Positions 43,481 to 53,320 are shown, counted from the stretch's first letter. The stretch: DNA of 64,000 nt from an uncultured Chloroflexia bacterium (GCA_963819655.1 CAWFXA010000003.1:512001-576000), one strand, 5' to 3'. Made by a program: numbers and translations. Notes: generated from the sequence alone by a model not told the origin.

Positions 43481-43535
43481 CCGGCCGTTGACCGGCGGCG
43501 GGCGTGTCGCGTGAGCCCGTGACATCATCGCGGCC

Positions 43536-45356
43536 ATGACCCAGCAGTTCGCCCGGATCCCGTCGGACGCCGGGGCCGTGGTCCGCGAAGTCCGCGGCTT
43601 CGGCGGCGTTCCGTGGGCCCGGCTGTTCAGCTACTTGCGGCCCCATTGGCGGCCATTCGCGCTCGCCCTCGTCGGCCTCGTCATCTCGTCGGCCGTCGGG
43701 CTGGCCTTCCCGCTGATCATCGCCGGGATCACGACCGAGGTCGTCGCCGGCGGCGATGCGGCCGGGCTCGATCGCCTGATCGTCGCCCTGATCGGGCTGT
43801 TCCTCGTGCAGGCCGCCGGAGGTTTCCTGCAGACGTACCTGCTCGGGGTGGTCGGTGAGCGGGTCGTCGCCCAGATCCGGGGCCAACTCTTCGGGCGACT
43901 CATCACGCTGTCTCTCGACTTCCACGCGAGCCATCGCGTCGGCGAGCTCATCTCGCGCCTGTCGAACGACGTGACGCTCGTGCGCACGATGCTCACCCAG
44001 ACCGTCACGAGCCTGCTGTCGTCGCTGATCGGGCTCGTCGGCTCCGTGATCATCCTGTTCACGCTGAGCCCGACGCTGCTGCTCGTCATCCTGCTGCTGG
44101 CGCCGGCCCTGATCGTCGTGGCGGTCGTGTTCGGCCGCCCGCTCCAGCGCATCAGCACCCAGGTCCAGGACACGATCGCGCGCAGCACCACGACCGCCGA
44201 GGAGGCGTTGTCCGGCATCCGGGTCGTGAAGAGCTACGTCCGCGAGGATTGGGAGCTGGGCCGCTACGACGACGACCTGCGCACGGTGGTGGCGACCGGC
44301 TCCCGCCTGGCGCTGTGGCGGGCGGCATTCGGGATGCTGATGGGGTTCCTGGGCTTCGGGGCGATCGCCGGGCTGCTCTGGTACACCGGCCACCAGGTCA
44401 TCGCTGGGACGCTCGGGATCGGCACGCTGACCGGGTTCCTGCTGTACGGCGTGGCCATCGGGGCGAGCCTCGGGTCGCTCGCGAGCCTGTACGGCCAGTT
44501 CCGCGAGGGGACCGGCGCCATCGAGCGCGTGTTCGAGATCATCGACACGCGTCCGACGATCCTCGATGCGCCCGACGCCCGACCGCTGGGGCGGGTCGCC
44601 GGCGAGATCGAGCTCGACGACGCGTCGTTCGCCTACCTGCCCGGCCGACCTGTGCTGCGCGACATCTCGTTGACCGTGCCGGCGGGGGAGACCCTCGCGT
44701 TGGTCGGGCCGTCTGGCTCCGGGAAGACGACGCTGGTGGGCCTGATCCCGCGCCTGTGGGAGGTGTCATCCGGCACGATCCGGGTGGACGGGGTCGACAT
44801 CCGCGACGTCACGGTGGCCAGCCTGCGCGCGCAGATCGGGCTCGTCGCGCAGGAAGCGACGCTGTTCGGCGGCACGGTGCGGGAGAACATCCTGTACGGG
44901 CGGCTGGATGCGACCGAGGCCGAGATGGTCGACGCGGCGGTCGCGGCCAACGCACACGACTTCATCAGTGTGCTCCCCGCCGGCTACGACACCGTCGTCG
45001 GCGACCGCGGCATGCGGCTGTCTGGCGGGCAGCGCCAGCGGGTGGCGATCGCCCGCGCGATCCTCAAGGACCCGCCGATCCTGTTGCTCGACGAGGCCAC
45101 GAGCTCGCTCGACAACGAGTCCGAGCGGCTGGTCCAGGACGCGCTCGATCGGCTGAAGGTGGGCCGCACGACGATCATCGTGGCCCATCGACTCTCGACG
45201 ATCCGCGCGGCGGATCGGATCGCGGTGCTCGACGACGGCTGGCTGGTCGAGCTCGGGACCCAGGACGAGCTGCTGGCGCGCGACGGGCTGTACGCGCGGC
45301 TGCACCGCACGCAGTTCGCGCGACCTGAGGACGTGCTCGAGCCGGTCGAGGTCTGA
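43536..45356 (+). CDS. ABC exporter, fused permease/ATPase (MsbA-like)
   Basis: TM domain; GPSGSGKT, LSGGQRQR, LLDEATS, AHR. Confidence 0.95.
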   Translation: MTQQFARIPSDAGAVVREVRGFGGVPWARLFSYLRPHWRPFALALVGLVISSAVGLAFPLIIAGITTEVVAGGDAAGLDRLIVALIGLFLVQAAGGFLQTYLLGVVGERVVAQIRGQLFGRLITLSLDFHASHRVGELISRLSNDVTLVRTMLTQTVTSLLSSLIGLVGSVIILFTLSPTLLLVILLLAPALIVVAVVFGRPLQRISTQVQDTIARSTTTAEEALSGIRVVKSYVREDWELGRYDDDLRTVVATGSRLALWRAAFGMLMGFLGFGAIAGLLWYTGHQVIAGTLGIGTLTGFLLYGVAIGASLGSLASLYGQFREGTGAIERVFEIIDTRPTILDAPDARPLGRVAGEIELDDASFAYLPGRPVLRDISLTVPAGETLALVGPSGSGKTTLVGLIPRLWEVSSGTIRVDGVDIRDVTVASLRAQIGLVAQEATLFGGTVRENILYGRLDATEAEMVDAAVAANAHDFISVLPAGYDTVVGDRGMRLSGGQRQRVAIARAILKDPPILLLDEATSSLDNESERLVQDALDRLKVGRTTIIVAHRLSTIRAADRIAVLDDGWLVELGTQDELLARDGLYARLHRTQFARPEDVLEPVEV

Positions 45357-45772
45357 TGCCGTTCGATCTCGAGCGCTTCGTCGACGCTCAGGAGGGCGTG
45401 TACGCGGGTGCGCTGGGCGAGCTCCGCGCGGGCCACAAGACCGGCCACTGGATCTGGTTCATCTTCCCGCAGCTCGGCGGCCTGGGGCGGAGCGAGACGT
45501 CCCGGTTCTACGGGATCGCGTCAGCCGACGAGGCCCGCGCCTACCTCGAGCATCCGGTCCTGGGCGCTCGGTTGCGGGAATGCGTCCGCGCCGTCCTGGC
45601 GACGTCGAGCGGGTCGGCCGACCAGATCTTCGGATCGCTCGACGCCATGAAGGTCCGCTCGTCGATGACGCTGTTCCACCGCGCCGCGCCCGACGTGCCC
45701 CTGTTCACGGAGATGCTCGAGCGGTTCTACGGCGGGACACCGGACCAGGCCACCGACGCGTTGCTCGGATGA
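45356..45772 (+). CDS. DUF1810 family protein
   Basis: DLERFVDAQ, HWIWFIFPQ, HPVLGARL, SSMTLF. Confidence 0.92.
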   Translation: MPFDLERFVDAQEGVYAGALGELRAGHKTGHWIWFIFPQLGGLGRSETSRFYGIASADEARAYLEHPVLGARLRECVRAVLATSSGSADQIFGSLDAMKVRSSMTLFHRAAPDVPLFTEMLERFYGGTPDQATDALLG

Positions 45773-45811
45773 CCGCCTTGCTCGCGACGGACGTATGGTA
45801 GCATGTATGGC

Positions 45812-46033
45812 ATGGAGAAGACGACCGTCTACCTGACCGACGCGCAAAAGCGCGCCCTCGAACGCGCAGCGAAGGCGGCCGGGCGCAGCGAGGCTGAGCT
45901 GATCCGTGAGGGAGTCGAGCTCGTCACCGCTCGACACCAGGCAGCCGAGCTGGTCTTGCCGTTGTTCTCCAGCGAGCAACCCGAGCTCGCGGAACACGTC
46001 GACGAAGCGCTGCGCGGCTTCGGCGAGCGGTGA
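45812..46033 (+). CDS. RHH/CopG-type antitoxin (VapB)
   Basis: MEKTTVYL...SEAELIREG; GTGA overlap with PIN gene. Confidence 0.88.
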   Translation: MEKTTVYLTDAQKRALERAAKAAGRSEAELIREGVELVTARHQAAELVLPLFSSEQPELAEHVDEALRGFGER

Positions 46034-46449
46034 TCGTCCTCGACACGAGCGGGCTGCTCGCGGCCATCGACGGAAGCCAGCGGCAGCACGGGGCGGCGGT
46101 TGACGTCCTTCGGCGCTCGGCCGAGCCGCTCCTGTTGTCGCCGTTCGTGCTCGCGGAGCTGGACTATCTGATCGGAAGCCGCGTGTCGGCGACGGCAGCG
46201 AGCGCGCTCCTCGATCAGGTGGCGGCCGGTGTCTACCGGCTCGAACCGATGGCTGCCGACGACGTTGCCGCCGCGAAGACGATCATCGACCGCTACCGGG
46301 ACCTGGAGCTCGGCCTCGCGGACGCGTCATTGGTCGTCCTTGCGGAACGCCACGACACGTTGGACATCCTGACGCTCGATGAGCGGCATTTCCGGGCTGT
46401 GGCGGGACCACGTGGTCGACCGTTTCGAATTCTGCCTGCCGATGCATAG
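46030..46449 (+). CDS. PIN-domain toxin (VapC)
   Basis: IVLDTS, LAELDY, LADAS, TLDERHF. Confidence 0.92.
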   Translation: MIVLDTSGLLAAIDGSQRQHGAAVDVLRRSAEPLLLSPFVLAELDYLIGSRVSATAASALLDQVAAGVYRLEPMAADDVAAAKTIIDRYRDLELGLADASLVVLAERHDTLDILTLDERHFRAVAGPRGRPFRILPADA

Positions 46450-46484
46450 CCGAGCGCGTTCGTCCTTCGCGAGTGGTCTTGGTC

Positions 46485-46512
46485 GCTTCCGATAAGGTGA
46501 GTTATGTCTGGA
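46485..46512 (+). other. dif-like XerC/XerD recombination site
   Basis: GCTTCCGATAA-GGTGAG-TTATGTCTGGA (11-6-11 layout), intergenic. Confidence 0.6.
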
Positions 46513-46554
46513 GCAGCTGCGACATGCTGAGGCGAGGCCGAGACCCCATTCTGA

Positions 46555-48060
46555 TCAGGTAGGAAGGGTCGGCGCCTCACGCATGAGTGTCGCCACGACC
46601 TTGGAGACTGTCCGCCCCTGGGCCGCGGCAAGCCGCTTTTGGACCTGGGCCAGGCCGCGTTTGACTTCAGGGTCCTCAATGCGCCGGGACACGCGTCGGA
46701 CGAAGCTCTTCGCGCGGGCGACGTCGTCGGCGGTCAGCTTGCTGGAGTCGCCATCGATCAGCTCGGTTGCTCGCCCGAGGAGCTCGGCCGCCTCCCGCTG
46801 CAGATCCTCCTCCTCGAGGACGGCGGCGAGGACCGGTCGCTGGACGCGGTCGAAGAGCTCGATCCAGCCCTGGCCGGCATCGGTTGTCGCGAGCGTCGTG
46901 TCCCGCAGCGATCGGATCGTCTGGACATCTCGAACGTTGTCAAAGAGCGACACGCCGATGAACTCGATAGCGCAGACCGTCTGCTCGATGAGGGCCAGGA
47001 TGGCCGCCTTCGTGTCCTTCTTGGTGTCGGCCAGCCGGGGTTCAGTCGAAGGGTGGAAGTCCTCCTGGTCGTTGCCTGTTTTCTGACCACACTCGAAGGC
47101 GAAGGCATAGGTCTTGTGGAGTGCCGGGTCCCGCATATGCTGGCTGTAGACGTAGTCGGAGCTCGTCCCCGAGGCGCCCGTCGGGTAGATCGAGTTGATG
47201 GGATTCGGCGTGTAGTTTCGTCCTCGGACCATCCGGACCGAGTTGACGACCCTCTGGGCGACCGTCTGGTAGCGCCGCAGATCCGCCGACGGGATGTACT
47301 CCTTGTACGTCGGCGGGTTCAACCAGGCGCAGCTTCCGGAGGCGAGGGTCTTGAAGTTCTGGGCCGGGTCCGTGGTCTGGAGGGGCGCGTGGCCCCACGG
47401 ATACATGATCCACTCCTTGAAAGAGTGCACGTCCACGAAGACGTTGATGTTGAACGTCTCCACCAAGGTCCGGACGTTGCGAGCTTCCGGCTCGGAGAAG
47501 GCGCGAGGGCCGCAGTAAACCTGATTCGGATCACAGACGGTGCACGACGTCGCCGATGTGGTGGTGGCCCAGGCGATGTCGAAGTTTCGGTTCACGTCGA
47601 CGCCGAAGCACGGCGAGTTGTCGTTGTCGTGGCGGTTCATGCGCCACATGTCGTCGTGATCCATCGCGTAATCCCGGCCATCGGGATTGGCGGTCGGGAT
47701 GAACCAGATGTCGAGCGTCTCGACCATCAGCCTGACGTCCTGGGCCGTCCAGGTGCGGCCCTGGGTGCCGGTCGAGCCCTTGTAAGTGATGCCGTGGCCG
47801 AGCAGGTACGCCCGCACGAGGTCGCCGGCGAGCTCGATGATCGCGTCGGGGTTCATGTACTCCCGGGCATGCATCCCGCCGACCGCGAGGAAGGCCCGCC
47901 GACCCGAGCCGCCGCCGGATGCGATCTTGAGCGCGTAGACCGAGCGACCCCCTTCTGTTCCATGGGGCAGTTCCCGTCGCTCGCACAGGAACGGGAAGTG
48001 GTTCGCCAGGTGCAGCATGATCGCGTCAATCTGATCGGCCGTCCGGTAGACCGCCGTCAT
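46555..48060 (-). CDS. M14 zinc carboxypeptidase with C-terminal helical extension
   Basis: HARE, NPDG, GVDVNRNF, DVHS, AFE. Confidence 0.92.
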   Translation of the reverse strand: MTAVYRTADQIDAIMLHLANHFPFLCERRELPHGTEGGRSVYALKIASGGGSGRRAFLAVGGMHAREYMNPDAIIELAGDLVRAYLLGHGITYKGSTGTQGRTWTAQDVRLMVETLDIWFIPTANPDGRDYAMDHDDMWRMNRHDNDNSPCFGVDVNRNFDIAWATTTSATSCTVCDPNQVYCGPRAFSEPEARNVRTLVETFNINVFVDVHSFKEWIMYPWGHAPLQTTDPAQNFKTLASGSCAWLNPPTYKEYIPSADLRRYQTVAQRVVNSVRMVRGRNYTPNPINSIYPTGASGTSSDYVYSQHMRDPALHKTYAFAFECGQKTGNDQEDFHPSTEPRLADTKKDTKAAILALIEQTVCAIEFIGVSLFDNVRDVQTIRSLRDTTLATTDAGQGWIELFDRVQRPVLAAVLEEEDLQREAAELLGRATELIDGDSSKLTADDVARAKSFVRRVSRRIEDPEVKRGLAQVQKRLAAAQGRTVSKVVATLMREAPTLPT

Positions 48061-48416
48061 CGCGGCTTCGTCCTGCGGGAGGCGTTCGTCGGCGGCTCCT
48101 GAGGAAGGTCACCAAACGTTTCCTCGAGCCACCGCTCGACGGACGCATCCGTGGCGATCAGTTCACGCGGGGACCCTTGGATGGGGTGATGTCGACGGAT
48201 GCGGACCTCGTAGCCTCGGTCGACGAGCTCGACGATCCCCTCGGCGGTGATCAGCACCCTCAGGCGGCCATATCGATCGGGCATGCGGTCCAGCGGCTCC
48301 CCGTCGAGCTCGTGGAGGCTGTTGCGACCGAGGCCTGGGTGGATCGTGGCGTCGAACCGTCCGGGACTCGGAAGCGGCCGGGACTCCTGCTTCGGAGGGC
48401 GTGAGCGCTCTGCCAT
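48057..48416 (-). CDS. Small protein translationally coupled to M14 peptidase
   Basis: ATGA overlap; TAGAGT -10 six nt before ATG. Confidence 0.7.
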   Translation of the reverse strand: MAERSRPPKQESRPLPSPGRFDATIHPGLGRNSLHELDGEPLDRMPDRYGRLRVLITAEGIVELVDRGYEVRIRRHHPIQGSPRELIATDASVERWLEETFGDLPQEPPTNASRRTKPR

Positions 48417-48482
48417 GTCGAGACTCTATGCCCCGGGCGTCTGGTATGCGTCTCGTCATTGCCGATAGGCAGGACGCTCGGG

Positions 48483-48593
48483 CGATGGCTTTGCCGGGTT
48501 GCCGTTGACGCGGACATGCTTGCCTTCGCACAGCTGCGTGGCCATGGGCCGGGTCTTGACGAGGCGCACAGTGCACAACCAGCGATCAATTCG
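48483..48593 (-). pseudogene. Diverged partial duplicate of the Hsp15/S4 gene
   Basis: RIDRWLCTVRLVKTRPMATQLCEGKHVRVNGNPAKPS, near-identical to 49111-49221. Confidence 0.85.
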
Positions 48594-48599
48594 GAAGGC

Positions 48600-48871
48600 G
48601 ACGAACCGACCTGACAATCGATCCACGCCCATCCCGAACGCGGCGATGGCCGACGGGACGAGATGTACAGACGAATCGACGCGGGGCAGTTCGATGCGAC
48701 GAAGGTCGTCAGCGACGCCCTCGCCGGGTTGACGATCTCCGGAAGCGGATCGCCGACATCCCGACCTGGCCATGGCGGCCGCAGGTCCTGAGCGGCTTCC
48801 TCTCGGCGCTGCTTCTGCCCGTCGCCATCTTCCTGATCACTCGCGCGCTCGCGAGCCACCTCGGCCCTTAG
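48600..48871 (+). pseudogene. C-terminal remnant of a membrane protein
   Basis: EMYRRIDAGQFDATKVVSDALAGL, then frameshift to DLRKRIADIPTWPWRPQVLSGFLSALLLPVAIFLITRALASHLGP*; no start. Confidence 0.55.
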
Positions 48872-49236
48872 CCTCCGGCCCGCCGCATCCGTTCGAGCTC
48901 GCGGCGAAGACGCTTGCTCGGCCGGCCCGCCCCACGGATCGCCTTGATGCCGGGCGCGATCTCTCGGGTGACCGGCGGTGGGCTGTTGTCGACGTAGCAC
49001 GTGGCGGCGACCGGCGCGCCGACGCGCGTTTCGATCGGCCGTACGACCTCGACGATCCGCTCACGTTCGGCGATCAGCGCATGCACCACGTCGCCGGCAC
49101 GAACCTTCGTCGACGGCTTTGCCGGGTTGCCGTTGACGTGGACGTGCCCGCCTTCACATAGCTGGGTCGCCATGGGCCGGGTCTTGACGAGGCGCACCGC
49201 GCACAACCAGCGATCAATTCGCGTCTCTTCGGGCAT
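48868..49236 (-). CDS. RNA-binding S4 domain protein (Hsp15/HslR-like)
   Basis: RIDRWL..VRLVKTR, VNG..AKPS, GAGRPSKRLRR. Confidence 0.9.
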   Translation of the reverse strand: MPEETRIDRWLCAVRLVKTRPMATQLCEGGHVHVNGNPAKPSTKVRAGDVVHALIAERERIVEVVRPIETRVGAPVAATCYVDNSPPPVTREIAPGIKAIRGAGRPSKRLRRELERMRRAGG

Positions 49237-49400
49237 CGTTCGCTCCCACGCATCCTCCGTCGTGTCGGGGCGATGATGGCCCCTTCGGCCGGCGTGGACA
49301 TACGTCGGCGATCCGAAACTGGTTCTCGGCTCGAGGCCTGACGCCTCCCCGCGCTCCTCGACCGCCGGCGCGGACGATTCGACGACTTCCCTCCCCCTTG

Positions 49401-50408
49401 TTAGGGCGCGACGCCCCAATCGACGTTGATCTCGTTGTCAGGCGTGGCCGTGACCTGGTAGCGGGCCGACCCGTCGGCGGGCGCGATGAAGAGGTCCGCG
49501 CGAAAGCCGGTGGCGTCGCTCGAAAAGACGATCCACTCGTCGTCGGGTGCCCAGTCGGGCCCGAACTGGAAGCCGACGCCAAGGTCGAAGCGTTGGGTCT
49601 CGGTGCCCTCTCGATCGAGGATCACGATTCTGCCCGACGCGCCCGTGGCGATCAGCTGGCCATCGCGCGAGAAGCGGCCCGGGTCGCCGTACCGCTTCTG
49701 GGTCAGCTGGACCGCTTCGCCGCCCGCCATCGGTACGAGCCAGAGCGGGGTGTCGCCCTCGGCATCCGCACCTCGCTTGAAGATCAGCTGTCCGTCGATC
49801 GAGATGTCGCCCGGGAGGTCGGTCATCCCGGCCGGCGTTTCGGTCAGGCGTCGGAGATCCGAGCCGTCCATCGACGAGACGGAGTAGATACCGGCGCGCG
49901 TCGGATCGGAATCGTCCCAGCCCTCGCAGCCGATGCGGGTCCCTTCGGGAAACCAGAAGACGCAGGCCAGGTTAAGCGTCGGATCTTCGATCCCGAGCTC
50001 ACGCAGGACGGTTCCGTCCGGGGCGAGGATCGCCGTGCCGATGCGGCCGTCAGCGAGCGTGGTCGCGACGGCGATCTCGTCTCCCGACGGCGACCAGCGT
50101 CCCCCACCTTCGGTGCCCGGCATCGGAATGGAGAGTTCGTTGGAACCGTCCGGGGCAGACGTGAACATGCCGTTGAAGGTGTGCGTGGACTCGGTGAAGC
50201 GAGCGAAGACCAGCTGGCCTTCGAGCCCTGGCAGGTCGGTGGGCGTCGGCGTGGCCGTGGGCGTCGACGTCGCCGTGGGCCCGGCCGTTGCCGTGGCACC
50301 GGGATCGGTCGAGGCGGTCTTCGCGGGGACTCCGGCTCCGCAGGCGGCAAGGATGATTCCCAGGCTCGCTCGTGCGACGGCGCCCAGCTGGGCTCGAGAT
50401 CGTGCCAT
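49401..50408 (-). CDS. Lipoprotein with TolB-like/PD40 beta-propeller
   Basis: ILAAC lipobox, PT-rich linker, WSPSG/FSRDG/WAPD repeats. Confidence 0.82.
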   Translation of the reverse strand: MARSRAQLGAVARASLGIILAACGAGVPAKTASTDPGATATAGPTATSTPTATPTPTDLPGLEGQLVFARFTESTHTFNGMFTSAPDGSNELSIPMPGTEGGGRWSPSGDEIAVATTLADGRIGTAILAPDGTVLRELGIEDPTLNLACVFWFPEGTRIGCEGWDDSDPTRAGIYSVSSMDGSDLRRLTETPAGMTDLPGDISIDGQLIFKRGADAEGDTPLWLVPMAGGEAVQLTQKRYGDPGRFSRDGQLIATGASGRIVILDREGTETQRFDLGVGFQFGPDWAPDDEWIVFSSDATGFRADLFIAPADGSARYQVTATPDNEINVDWGVAP

Positions 50409-50619
50409 CCGTACTCTCCTCCACCGCGCCACGACGACCGGCGCACGCCGGGTCGCTACGTATATGTCGTCATGTCGGGTCGATGATGGCGCCTTCGGCC
50501 GAAATGGTCGACGCCGCGGGCACTTGCCCCTCCCCTACCCGATTTCGTCAGCGGCGACGACCGCCAGGCCGTCATCATTCGCCGATGAGTACGACACGAC
50601 CCAATCTCGTGGGAGATCG

Positions 50620-51075
50620 ATGATGACGTCGCCTGACGACGGAACCACTCCAGAATTCGTGCTGCCGACGGCCATGACTGGCAGGGCGAGCCCGGCGAAG
50701 GCCGCGCTCGGCGACAAGCCGGTTTTCGCCTACATCAGCAGTCTGCCCCAGCCGCAACGCTCCATCGCCGAACGCGTCGATGCCCTGGCGGCCGAGACGC
50801 TCCCGCGCCTGCAGCGCTCCGTGAAGTGGGGCATGGCGTGGTATGGCGTCGGCGACGGCTGGTGCTTCTCGTGCGGCGGCTTCGACGGCCACGTCAAGCT
50901 CACGTTCGGGCGCGGCACGGCACTCACGCCCGTCCCGCCAGTGACGCCGATCGGGATGGGCAAGGACTCGCGCGGCGTGGACCTGGAATCCCTGGACGAC
51001 ATCGACGAACGACAGCTCGCTTCGTGGATGAAACAGGCCACGGCCATTCCCGGTTTCGGGGGCCAGAAACGATGA
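50620..51075 (+). CDS. DUF1801 domain protein
   Basis: YISSLP..QR, VKWGMAWY, HVKLTF..G, W..QA. Confidence 0.85.
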   Translation: MMTSPDDGTTPEFVLPTAMTGRASPAKAALGDKPVFAYISSLPQPQRSIAERVDALAAETLPRLQRSVKWGMAWYGVGDGWCFSCGGFDGHVKLTFGRGTALTPVPPVTPIGMGKDSRGVDLESLDDIDERQLASWMKQATAIPGFGGQKR

Positions 51076-51284
51076 ACGCCACAACGGCCGGCAAGGTCGC
51101 CCCGGCGATCGCCCGGAACAGGGGCCTCGCGCGAGGATGCTCGGCCGGATACTGCCGCGGACGACGGGTGGCACTGAAAGGTCGCCGGTGACTGTCGCAT
51201 AGCTCGTCGAGAAGGGACCGGCAGGCGGCTCGGGGACAGCCCACTACGCCCGTGGGGATGCGTTGGGTGACCTGCGTCCGAACC

Positions 51285-51761
51285 CTAGCTCAACACCAAG
51301 TCGCACGCGGCCCCGGATCGCTCCGACTCCGGTGCGCGGGTCCACATCGTGGCCTGCCAGGACTCCGTGCTCTGTCCGGGCGGTAGGTACCGCACCCAAC
51401 GCTCGAAGTCGTTGGTACCGATCCGACAAACCTCGTGGAACCCCCCCGCCTCAGCCGCGTCCATGATGGCCTTCGGGGGCAGCACGACGGCGCCGCCCAT
51501 CTCGAACTGGATGCCAGGCATCGCCACGTCCCACACCACGAACGTGCAGTCCGGGCTGTCCTGGCCGAAGGGGTCGTCGCCGAGTTCCAGCAGGGTGACC
51601 TTTCGACAGGCCGCGAGGTCCGCCTCTGCCTGCACTCGATGACGCTCCGTTGCCTGTCGGTCGATCGCTGTCTGCCGGTCGAATTCCGCTGAGACGGTCC
51701 TGCACCCGCCGAGTAGGAGCACGACGGCGACCGCCAGGGTTAGAGGGGCGAAGCCGCCCAT
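51285..51761 (-). CDS. Hypothetical lipoprotein
   Basis: GGAGG upstream; LLLGGC lipobox. Confidence 0.55.
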   Translation of the reverse strand: MGGFAPLTLAVAVVLLLGGCRTVSAEFDRQTAIDRQATERHRVQAEADLAACRKVTLLELGDDPFGQDSPDCTFVVWDVAMPGIQFEMGGAVVLPPKAIMDAAEAGGFHEVCRIGTNDFERWVRYLPPGQSTESWQATMWTRAPESERSGAACDLVLS

Positions 51762-51879
51762 GTCCTGCCTCCGATGTGCGAGTGACATCCGCAGATCGTC
51801 GAGTGGGGTTTGACTCGCGACCGTCGTCGGCATAGCGGCAGGGTAGCGGTCCTGGCCGCGTGGCATCCTCCTGCCTACG

Positions 51880-52440
51880 ATGAGCAGATACCTCGTCCTC
51901 CTGCGCGGCATCAACGTCGGCGGCCGGAACAAAGTGCCGATGGCGGCCTTGCGCGAGCTCCTCGAGAGCCACGGCCATACGAAGGTGTCCACGTACATCG
52001 CCAGCGGCAACGTGATCCTGACCTCCGATCGCACCGCCGCCGCGATCAAGCGCGAGCTCGAGGAGGCGCTCCCCAAGGCCTTCAAGCTCGATAGCGAGCT
52101 GATCGCGGTGCTGGTCCTGACGCGTGCCCAGCTACGCGACGTGGTCCGGAAGCGGCCAAAGGGCTTCGGCGACCAACCGGGGACGTACCACAGCGATGCG
52201 GTCTTCCTGATGGGGATCGATGCCCCGACGGCGATGAAGGTCTTCGACCCGCGGCCCGGCGTCGACGAGGTGTGGCCGGGAACCGGCGTGATCTATTCGC
52301 AGCGACTGAGCGCGCAACGAACCAAGAGCCGCCTCAGCAAGATCGTCGGGACGCCGGCCTACAAGTCGATGACGATCCGCAGCTGGGCGACGACGCTCGC
52401 CCTGCTCGAGCGAATGGAGGCGCCCGAGACCGACGGCTGA
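51880..52440 (+). CDS. DUF1697 domain protein
   Basis: LLRGINVGG, TYIASGNV, TIRSW. Confidence 0.93.
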   Translation: MSRYLVLLRGINVGGRNKVPMAALRELLESHGHTKVSTYIASGNVILTSDRTAAAIKRELEEALPKAFKLDSELIAVLVLTRAQLRDVVRKRPKGFGDQPGTYHSDAVFLMGIDAPTAMKVFDPRPGVDEVWPGTGVIYSQRLSAQRTKSRLSKIVGTPAYKSMTIRSWATTLALLERMEAPETDG

Positions 52441-52546
52441 CCGCCGGTCACGACTATGCCCGAGGGCGGGCAGATGCCGGCGAAGGCGTGTCGATCGCGC
52501 GCGACGCGGCAATTCGTGCTCCTGGCGCCGCGGTACGCTGTCAGCG

Positions 52547-53224
52547 ATGTCCTTTGAGTACGAGGAACGACCGTCGCGCTCCCGATTCGCTGACATCATC
52601 TGGCGTACGCACGACACGAGCGACGGAACATACCTGGCGGCCGCCGACGCCTGCTGGGACATGATCTTCATTCGCAGCGTCCACGGGAACCGGGCCCTCC
52701 TGAGCGGCCCGTCGACGCAAATCACCCCGGTCCCGTACCGCGCGGGCAACAGAAACGTCGGCATCCGCTTTCATCGTGGATCGTTCCTCACCCATGTGCC
52801 GACGACGGCGATGGTGGACATCACCGAGGCACTACCGATGGCGACACCCGAGTCGTTCCTGCTGGCCGACCGGGAGTGGCCGATGCCCACGTACGGGACG
52901 GCCGACGCCTTCGTCGCGGAGCTCGAGCGGCTGGAGCTCCTCAGCGACGACGCCGTGGTCGACGCCGTCCTGCGCGGCGAGCCTCCCTCGACCTCGATCC
53001 GGTCGATCCAGCGCCACGTTTCGCAGGTCACCGGACTCACGATGAACCGTATCCGTCAGATCGTTCGCGCCCGCGAGGCGGCCGAGCGTCTGCGCCGCGG
53101 CGAGTCGATCCTGGATGTCACCCACGACATGGGATACGCCGATCAGGCCCACCTGACGCGCGATCTGAAGCAGCTGACGGGGTATACGCCGGCCAGGACA
53201 AAGGAGCGCGACGAGGCGATTTGA
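52547..53224 (+). CDS. AraC-family regulator
   Basis: C-terminal GYADQAHLTRDLK..TG.TP. Confidence 0.9.
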   Translation: MSFEYEERPSRSRFADIIWRTHDTSDGTYLAAADACWDMIFIRSVHGNRALLSGPSTQITPVPYRAGNRNVGIRFHRGSFLTHVPTTAMVDITEALPMATPESFLLADREWPMPTYGTADAFVAELERLELLSDDAVVDAVLRGEPPSTSIRSIQRHVSQVTGLTMNRIRQIVRAREAAERLRRGESILDVTHDMGYADQAHLTRDLKQLTGYTPARTKERDEAI

Positions 53225-53320
53225 CGCGCGGCTCGGTGGTGTCGTTTCGCTTCAATACATCCCGACCGATCTCCGCTTTGATGGACGCATCCCCAGTCCA
53301 CTGAAACGGAGGTTCGTCCC

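Noticed and set aside
50451-50480. Second dif-like site (GGTCGCT...TCATGTCGGGT)
   Set aside because: Two nt shorter, lacks the ATAA inner arm, and coincides with a likely promoter region
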